This document shows, in pieces, positions 17,531-24,100 of a stretch of DNA of 27,334 nucleotides. This stretch comes from a virus. Lineage: Duplodnaviria > Caudoviricetes. Location of the stretch: the IMG/VR virus record IMGVR_UViG_3300035670_001058, positions 1-27,334 of that record; one strand, written 5' to 3'. The translations under genes and the position numbers were made by a program. The notes under the pieces are model-generated. The model was not told where the DNA came from, made no database searches, and worked only from the letters and a program-made list of their open reading frames with translations. The stretch's first letter is position 1. Each line of letters starts with the position of its first letter.

Positions 17531-18164
17531 GTTTAAGTAGTCCTAATTCTTTCTTAACTCTTTCAATCGTTTGTAATTGTCCAAGAACATTGAATACTTC
17601 AGGTTGAGAAGATCCAGGTGTTAATGTTTCAGCTTTATTCTTCATGATTTGGTGATATGATTCTAATTGATGAGTATTTACATTTTTAGTATCGAATGAT
17701 CCATCATCAAATTCTTTCTTTAAATTAGACCACATATTAATTTCTCTCATTCTATCTCTTGCAACAAGTTCCATATTCGCTTTTGCATAAATCTTTTCAT
17801 CTAAATCTATTTTATAACATTCTAATTTATATTCATCCGTTTCAGTTTCTAATTTCTTTTCTAACCATTTAATCTTTGCATCATTTCTTCTGTAATCAAA
17901 AGATAATGACATTAAATTTTCTAAAAATACGTTCTGTTCTCTAACACATTGCCAGTATTTAGCAGATATTGTTGGATATTTTGCATCTTGTAATACTGAA
18001 ATTCTTGCTTCTGTTTCTGTTCTGAATATTTGTTTTTTTGTCCAAGTATCACGAAGTTCCTCAACCATTCCTTTGAATGCATTGAGATCGTTTGGATCAA
18101 GTAGATTATTTAAGTGAGCTTCTTCTTGCTGTATTAAACTCTTAATATTTCTCTTCTCTGTCAT
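17484..18164 (-). CDS. Hypothetical coiled-coil protein, first gene of the modification cassette
   Basis: 226 aa, charged and helical; FRTETE and KYWQCVRE segments; promoter directly upstream. Confidence 0.75.
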   Translation of the reverse strand: MTEKRNIKSLIQQEEAHLNNLLDPNDLNAFKGMVEELRDTWTKKQIFRTETEARISVLQDAKYPTISAKYWQCVREQNVFLENLMSLSFDYRRNDAKIKWLEKKLETETDEYKLECYKIDLDEKIYAKANMELVARDRMREINMWSNLKKEFDDGSFDTKNVNTHQLESYHQIMKNKAETLTPGSSQPEVFNVLGQLQTIERVKKELGLLKHDEKKSIPTFGKPNS

Positions 18165-18171
18165 TGAGAAG

Positions 18172-18200
18172 GATATAACGATTTATTATGAAGTTGTCAA
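18172..18200 (-). promoter_or_regulatory. Sigma70 promoter for the modification cassette (near-leaderless)
   Basis: Perfect TTGACA (18200-18195, within the last codons of the propeller gene)-N17-TATATC (18177-18172), 7 nt before ATG 18164; no SD. Confidence 0.65.
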
Positions 18201-20024
18201 GGTTGAAGCGGTTATTGTAGTTTGTGGGCCTGACCATTCTTCTGTGGCTGTTAAAACAGTTGGAAACCCACCACCAAATGCTAAACCTACTGTTTGTGTT
18301 CCTACTCCTCCTAACTCACCTCTTCCTGTTGCCATTGGTGGAACAGATGTCCAACCTGTACCATCCCAAACTTCTGTATTAGCACCGCCTCCACCACCAA
18401 ATCCTAACGCAGCGGTTTGTGTTCCACATCCTGCTAAACTACTTCTTGCAGTGTTCATTGCATTAACTGAAGTCCAACTTGTTCCATTCCATGATTCTGT
18501 TGATCCAGTTGGAGATCCTGGTGATGGAACTTGAACTCCACCAAATGCTAATGCAGCTGTTTGAGTACCACAACCTGTTAAACTTTGTCTGGTTGTGTTT
18601 AGTGAATTTGGAGTGTTAGTCCAACTTGTTCCATTCCATGATTCTGTATTAGGTGAAGTTATACTTCCTGTACCTGGAATTCCACCACCAAACGCTAAAG
18701 CAGCTGTTTGAGTTCCTGCTGATCCCATAAGTCCTCTAGCAGTGTTTAAAGAATTAACAGGAGACCAAGACGTTCCATTATAAGATTCTGTATTTGCATA
18801 ATTAGTAGGTGAATTTCTACCTCCAAATCCTAATGCAGCAGTTTGTGTGCCTGCTCCTCTAATTCTATATCTTGCAGTTCCTAAATTTCCTCCTGCTGAC
18901 CAAGTAGCTCCATCATATTCTTCTGTTGCAGTAAGAGCTCCTGCTGGAGGTGCTGATGTGTAACCTCCAAATCCTAATCCTGCAGTTTGAGTTCCAGCAC
19001 CACCTAAATTATATCTAGCCGTCCCCATATTCCCGCCGCTCGCCCAAGCACCCGTGGCTGGGGAAAAAATTGTTGAGTTGTATTCTTCTGTGTTTGCAAT
19101 TGATCCTGTTGCATATCCACCAAAACCTAAAGCTGCTGTTGCTGTTCCTGATTGAGCAGAAGCTAAACCTCCTCTAGCTGTTGCCATAGTAGCTGAAGAT
19201 GTCCAATTTGTTCCATCATATTGTAAAGATGTTGCTATACCTGATCCTGCAAAAACTAAAGCATTTGTTTGTACTCCTGATCCTGAACCAGCTCCTCTTA
19301 CAGCTGGTAAACTTGTACCTGCTGTCCAAGTTGATCCATCATATTCCTCTACGTTTGATACGTCACTTCCACTATTTCCACCAGCTCCTAATGCCGCTGT
19401 TTGAGTTCCTGCAGCTGAAAAACCTTCTCTTGCAGTTATTAAATTTCCACCTGATGTCCAATTAGTTCCATCATATTCTTCAGTCGCATTAGTATGACCA
19501 GAAGGAAGAACATTTCCTCCAAATGCAACACCTGCAGTTAAAATTCCTACGGAATCTCCATTTCTCCTACCAGGAGAAGTCATATTGTTACCAGCTGTCC
19601 AAGTTGAACCATTATATTCTTCAGTTGAAATTAAAAAAGTAGGAGTATTATTATCTCCAGCGGCAGACACAGCAGCTGTTTGTGTTCCAAATCCAAAATT
19701 ACCTAATATTGATGCACTTAAATTTCCTCCTGCTGACCAAGTGTATCCTGAATATTCTTCTGTAGCATTTGTACGAGGATTTGGAGGACTTGGAAATCTA
19801 GAACCACCAAATGCTAAACCTGCTGTTTGAATACCAGCACCACCAAGATTGTATCTAGCAGTACCCATATTTGATCCTGAAGACCACGCTTTAATTTGCA
19901 CTAATGATTTTAATGTACCTGATGTGGAGTTATACCACACCTGTCCCTCGTTGCCTGTGTTGAGTGTTGGGTCTGAACCCAAGTAGTTGACTCTTAATCC
20001 TGCTAGCTCATTGTAGGTCGTCAT
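18186..20024 (-). CDS. Kelch-like double beta-propeller virion protein (12 blades)
   Basis: 12 copies of an approximately 46-aa W..GG...TAR....G.GTQTAAL.FGG...TEEYDG unit; N-terminal SDP...EGQVWYN domain. Confidence 0.85.
   Translation of the reverse strand: MTTYNELAGLRVNYLGSDPTLNTGNEGQVWYNSTSGTLKSLVQIKAWSSGSNMGTARYNLGGAGIQTAGLAFGGSRFPSPPNPRTNATEEYSGYTWSAGGNLSASILGNFGFGTQTAAVSAAGDNNTPTFLISTEEYNGSTWTAGNNMTSPGRRNGDSVGILTAGVAFGGNVLPSGHTNATEEYDGTNWTSGGNLITAREGFSAAGTQTAALGAGGNSGSDVSNVEEYDGSTWTAGTSLPAVRGAGSGSGVQTNALVFAGSGIATSLQYDGTNWTSSATMATARGGLASAQSGTATAALGFGGYATGSIANTEEYNSTIFSPATGAWASGGNMGTARYNLGGAGTQTAGLGFGGYTSAPPAGALTATEEYDGATWSAGGNLGTARYRIRGAGTQTAALGFGGRNSPTNYANTESYNGTSWSPVNSLNTARGLMGSAGTQTAALAFGGGIPGTGSITSPNTESWNGTSWTNTPNSLNTTRQSLTGCGTQTAALAFGGVQVPSPGSPTGSTESWNGTSWTSVNAMNTARSSLAGCGTQTAALGFGGGGGANTEVWDGTGWTSVPPMATGRGELGGVGTQTVGLAFGGGFPTVLTATEEWSGPQTTITASTLTTS
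18471..18647. repeat. Perfect 30-bp direct repeat between adjacent propeller blades
   Basis: agtccaacttgttccattccatgattctgt at 18471-18500 and 18618-18647. Confidence 0.9.
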
Positions 20025-20037
20025 GTGAGTGACCTAC
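20013..20037 (-). promoter_or_regulatory. Hairpin covering upstream stop codon and downstream start codon
   Basis: mRNA GUAGGUC-11 nt-GACCUAC; UAG of the 98-aa gene lies in the 5' arm and AUG of the 612-aa gene in the loop. Confidence 0.5.
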
Positions 20038-20330
20038 GGTAAAGTTATAGCAGTCGGTCTTTGATTGAATCCTGGTCTATTTTTTTGCTCAATTGGTAAA
20101 GCGTCCCAAGCTGCTTGAGCCGCTGCAACTTCTGCATCAACAATTGCTTGTGCTTCTGCTTTAGTTTTTTCAACTCCGTTTTTCTCTGCTAACCATAAAG
20201 CTCCTTTTTCATTATTTCCGATTACCCAAACATCGCCTGGAAATCCTCTTAAGAAAAAGTTTCTTCTGTCTTCTGCAGTAAAAAAACCTTTGCCTGTGTT
20301 AGTTGCTGTACCGTATATAAAAAGTGCCAT
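20034..20330 (-). CDS. Hypothetical protein (98 aa) within the propeller cluster
   Basis: Strong SD (AAGGAG) and its own promoter; Ala-rich C-terminal helix. Confidence 0.8.
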   Translation of the reverse strand: MALFIYGTATNTGKGFFTAEDRRNFFLRGFPGDVWVIGNNEKGALWLAEKNGVEKTKAEAQAIVDAEVAAAQAAWDALPIEQKNRPGFNQRPTAITLP

Positions 20331-20351
20331 ATTTATGCTCCTTGGTTAGTT

Positions 20352-20380
20352 ATTATAAGTCAATTTATTCATAATGTAAA
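20352..20380 (-). promoter_or_regulatory. Near-consensus sigma70 promoter
   Basis: TTTACA (20380-20375)-N17-TATAAT (20357-20352), followed by AAGGAG SD and ATG 20330. Confidence 0.75.
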
Positions 20381-22189
20381 CTAACTTGTAGTTATTGTTT
20401 TTGTATTAGTTGCTGTAGTTTCACCAGTAAATTCTTCTGTAGCAGTACCTTGAGGACCTGAAAAACTTCCTCCTCCACCTACTAATGCTGCAGAAACAGT
20501 ACCTTGTCCTGCACTAGCTGCAGATGATCTTGCTACTGCCATAGGAGGTCTAGTAAAAAAAACAGTTCCATTAAATTCTTGAGTAAAACCAGTTGTAGCT
20601 GGTGTATCTCCACCAGAACACAAAGCCGCTGTTTGAGTACCAGATGCTGCTTGTGCCGCTTGTGCAGTTACTAAATTTGGAGATGAACTATAACTTGTAC
20701 CATCATATGTATTGCTTGTTGCTACAGGTGATGTTCCATTATATCCACCAAAAATAAGTGCTGCTGTTTGAGTTCCTGATATTCCAATATTTTGTATATT
20801 ATTTGGATAATTTGTAGGTGTTGTTGTCCAATTTGTTCCATCATATTCTAAAGTTTGATTGGTTATTCCAGGAACTATATTTCCTCCTACTGCTAAAGCC
20901 GCTGTTTGTGATCCACAACCACCTAATTCAGAACAACTTGCAGGTAAAGTATTAACATTACTCCAAGTAGCTCCATCATATTCTTCTGTTACGTCTGTTT
21001 GAGGATATCCACCACCAAATCTTAAAGCTGCGGTTTGAGTTCCTGCACCATATAAAGCTCTTTTAGCTGTATTTAAATTTCCTCCACCAGACCAACTAGA
21101 TCCATTGTATTCTTCTGTAGCATTAGATAAATTATTTGGAGGGGAAATGAATCCACCAAATGCAAGTCCTGCCGTTTGTGTACCTGCTCCACCTACTCCA
21201 GAATATCTAGCAGTTGACATATTCCCGCCACTCGCCCACGCTGCGGCTGTGATGATACTAGATGAGAAATTGTATTCTTCTGTGACTGCTGTATTAGATG
21301 GAGTACCTCCACCAAAACCTAATGCTGAAGTTTGTGTTCCAGATCCACCTAAACTAATTCTTGCAGTTGCCATAGGAGAAACTGATGTCCATGCGGATCC
21401 ATTATATTGTTCTGTTGCTCCTGTAACTGTTGGTGTTCCTCCACCAAATGCTAAAGCCGCTGTTTGAGTTCCTGCCCCTGCTAAATATCTTCTTGCAGTG
21501 TTTAAACTACCTCCTGCTGTCCAAGTTGAACCATCATATTCTTCTGTGTTTGCAAATATTGTTGGAAAACTTGCACCTCCAAATCCAAGACCTGCAGTTT
21601 GTGTTCCTGTTCCACCTATATCACGTCTTGCAGTATTTAAAGATCCTCCTGCAGTCCAAGCTGAACCATCGTATTCTTCTGTGTCAGCAACAACAACTGT
21701 TGTATTACCACCAAATGCTAATCCCGCTGTTTGAATTCCTGCTCCTCCTAAACTACGTCTTGTAGTTCCCATATTTCCACCTGGCCCCCAACTTGTACCA
21801 TTATATTCTTCGGTTGCGTTAGTATTACCTGTTCCATCTATATAACCTCCAAAACCTAGTGCAGAAGTTTGTATTCCACAACCTGCTAATAATCTTCTTG
21901 CTGTTGTCATGTTTCCACCTATTGCCCAACCTGATCCATTATATTCTTCTGTTGCATTTGAAACTGGAAAATCTCCACCGAAAGCAAGTCCTGCTGTTTG
22001 AATTCCACAACTTCCAAATTGAGCTCTTGCAGTAATCATAGGACTACCAGAACTCCAAGTTCCTGAAGATAAAACACTCTTAAACGTCCCCGAAGTTGTA
22101 TTATACCAAACTTGTCCTTCAGCATCGGCCGTTGGATCTGAACTGTAGTTCTTTACGTATTTACCAAAAATTTCTTTGTATGTTGTCAT
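20381..22189 (-). CDS. Kelch-like double beta-propeller virion protein (12 blades)
   Basis: 12 G(T/I)QTA-type repeats; same N-terminal domain and C-terminal TTS as its paralogues. Confidence 0.85.
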   Translation of the reverse strand: MTTYKEIFGKYVKNYSSDPTADAEGQVWYNTTSGTFKSVLSSGTWSSGSPMITARAQFGSCGIQTAGLAFGGDFPVSNATEEYNGSGWAIGGNMTTARRLLAGCGIQTSALGFGGYIDGTGNTNATEEYNGTSWGPGGNMGTTRRSLGGAGIQTAGLAFGGNTTVVVADTEEYDGSAWTAGGSLNTARRDIGGTGTQTAGLGFGGASFPTIFANTEEYDGSTWTAGGSLNTARRYLAGAGTQTAALAFGGGTPTVTGATEQYNGSAWTSVSPMATARISLGGSGTQTSALGFGGGTPSNTAVTEEYNFSSSIITAAAWASGGNMSTARYSGVGGAGTQTAGLAFGGFISPPNNLSNATEEYNGSSWSGGGNLNTAKRALYGAGTQTAALRFGGGYPQTDVTEEYDGATWSNVNTLPASCSELGGCGSQTAALAVGGNIVPGITNQTLEYDGTNWTTTPTNYPNNIQNIGISGTQTAALIFGGYNGTSPVATSNTYDGTSYSSSPNLVTAQAAQAASGTQTAALCSGGDTPATTGFTQEFNGTVFFTRPPMAVARSSAASAGQGTVSAALVGGGGSFSGPQGTATEEFTGETTATNTKTITTS

Positions 22190-22190
22190 G

Positions 22191-23141
22191 TTATGAGGTT
22201 GTTATTTTTTGTACTGCGAATGTTGGGTCTGTAAATTCTTCTGTGGCTCCTGTTATAGAAGGTGTAGCTCCTCCAAATGCTAAAGCTAATGTTTGAGTCC
22301 CTGCTCCTGCAAGAGCTTGTCTTGCTGTTGCCATATTTGAACTAGTTGTCCAAGAAGTTCCATCATATTTTTCTGTTGCTGCAGATAAACCTCCTCTATC
22401 ACCACCAAAAGTTAAACCCGCTGTTTGTGTACCCGCTGAACCTGATTGAACTGCTCCTGAATTTAAATTTCCTCCTGCTGTCCAACTTGTTCCATTATAT
22501 TCTTCTGTGGCTGTTGGAGATGGGGTTCCACCAATAGCAAGTCCTGCAGTTTGTGTGCCTGTACCTGATAAAGCACGCCTTGCTGTTCCTAAATTTCCTC
22601 CAGGCCCCCAACTTGTTCCATCATATTCTTCAGTTGCTGATGAAGGTGTAACTCCTGGTGTCATTCCGCCAAAAGCCAAACCTGCAGTTTGAGTTCCACA
22701 ACCTGATAACTGCATCCTAGCTGTTCCTAAATTTCCACCAGGTGACCAAGTAGATCCATCATATTCTTCTGTAATATTTCTGTATGGATTACCTCCAAAT
22801 GCTAAACCTGCTGTTTGTGTTCCTGCTCCACCTAATTGTGATCTTGCAGTTCCCATAGTTCCCCCAGGACCCCAAGTTGAACCATTATATTCTTCGGTTG
22901 CTCCTGATTCAGAAGGTGTGCTACCACCAAATCCTAAAGCCGCTGTTTGAGTTCCTGCTCCTGCTAAATTATTTCTAGCTGTAGACATACTTCCACCTGA
23001 TGCCCACGCTCCACCAATATTTTTATAACCTTTTAAAACTCCAATAGTATTATTATACCAAATTTGTCCTTCTTCTGGATTTGTTGGATCTGATGATACT
23101 GATTGTATCGCCGTTCCTCGTATCTCTTTAAAGGTTGTCAT
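22191..23141 (-). CDS. Kelch-like single beta-propeller virion protein (6 blades)
   Basis: 6 GTQT repeats; N-terminal SDP...EGQIWYN; GGAGG SD. Confidence 0.85.
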   Translation of the reverse strand: MTTFKEIRGTAIQSVSSDPTNPEEGQIWYNNTIGVLKGYKNIGGAWASGGSMSTARNNLAGAGTQTAALGFGGSTPSESGATEEYNGSTWGPGGTMGTARSQLGGAGTQTAGLAFGGNPYRNITEEYDGSTWSPGGNLGTARMQLSGCGTQTAGLAFGGMTPGVTPSSATEEYDGTSWGPGGNLGTARRALSGTGTQTAGLAIGGTPSPTATEEYNGTSWTAGGNLNSGAVQSGSAGTQTAGLTFGGDRGGLSAATEKYDGTSWTTSSNMATARQALAGAGTQTLALAFGGATPSITGATEEFTDPTFAVQKITTS

Positions 23142-23153
23142 TTCAAACCTCCG

Positions 23154-24056
23154 TTAATTATTCTGTAACAGCCAACCTTGAGTATTGTCAACAAATACAA
23201 GTGTGAATCCTGCTCTTTCTGTTGCAACTGTTAAATCTGTTGCCGAACCTTGGATGGGCTTACCATTTCTTGCTACTGTAAAATTATTTGTGTCAAATGT
23301 TCCAGCGTAATCAATAAAAGATACAAAGTCTCCGATTGTTGGAGAAGATGGTAATGTTGCTGTAATTGTTGTTGAGTTTGTATCTACAAAATAACCTTCT
23401 TTTGCAGTTACGTTAAAGTCTGAAGTTTTAACCGCTTGCCAAGCTGCTCCGCCTGATACAGTTGAAAAAGATAATGTTCCTGATCCGTCAGTGGTTAGAA
23501 CTTGATTTGCTGTTCCATCTGCTGTTGGTAGTGTAAAACTAACATTAGATGCAACTGTTGCACCTGCTTTTAAGGATACGTAATTAGAATTATCTGAGTC
23601 ACCAAATCTTATTTCATTTTGATTAGGTAATCTAATTGTAGATAAGTCATTTCCTACATCATTAGGATTTGTTCCATCTAAATAAATTATTTTATGACCT
23701 TTATCGGCTGCTCCCCATATTACAGAAGATCCTCCAACTTGGTTTAAAGCTACTGTAAAAGCTCCTGATGTTGCATTATCAACGATGTAAGTTTTTTCAA
23801 TTCCAGTTTCAATAAATACTGTACAGTTTGCAGTAATTGTTCCTGTAAATTGTAAAATAGCATTTCTTGCATCTGAAATAGTAGCATTTGTCATTGACAA
23901 TGTTGTATTTGTAGATGTCAGTGCTACAGATTGATAACCAGCGATTGCTTGTTGTAATAAATTTAAATTTGAGTTTGTTTTATCTCCCCATGTACCCGAG
24001 TTTTCACCCGTTACCATTAACTCAAGTTTGAGGTCCGTAGAATACGATGATGCCAT
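23154..24056 (-). CDS. Tail fibre-like protein
   Basis: N-terminal 'LELM.TGENSGTWG..TN.NL' anchor, LPTADGTANQVL.TDGSG.LSF fibre linker, C-terminal GYFVDT...TLP.SP..GD domain. Confidence 0.7.
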   Translation of the reverse strand: MASSYSTDLKLELMVTGENSGTWGDKTNSNLNLLQQAIAGYQSVALTSTNTTLSMTNATISDARNAILQFTGTITANCTVFIETGIEKTYIVDNATSGAFTVALNQVGGSSVIWGAADKGHKIIYLDGTNPNDVGNDLSTIRLPNQNEIRFGDSDNSNYVSLKAGATVASNVSFTLPTADGTANQVLTTDGSGTLSFSTVSGGAAWQAVKTSDFNVTAKEGYFVDTNSTTITATLPSSPTIGDFVSFIDYAGTFDTNNFTVARNGKPIQGSATDLTVATERAGFTLVFVDNTQGWLLQNN

Positions 24057-24100
24057 AAGAATTCCTTATAATATTATAATATTTATCAATTTTAGTTTGA

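Noticed and set aside
18244-22692. Numerous + strand ORFs in the propeller region (e.g. 18244..18534, 19585..19830, 21105..21467, 21498..21734, 22507..22692)
   Set aside because: Antisense shadows of Gly/Ala/Thr-rich repeat genes (they read PP/AV/VP); no SDs or independent features.
18186-23141. Diversity-generating retroelement acting on the propeller genes
   Set aside because: No reverse transcriptase in the window and no template/variable repeat pair differing only at adenines was seen; loop variation includes indels.
18186-23141. CRISPR-like array (regular ~140-bp periodicity)
   Set aside because: Repeats are degenerate, in frame and protein-coding; not identical repeats with unique spacers.
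24066-24082. Palindrome TTATAATATTATAA upstream of the fibre gene as operator or promoter
   Set aside because: Pure A/T sequence in an AT-rich gap with no convincing -35 at 16-18 nt; cannot be distinguished from chance.
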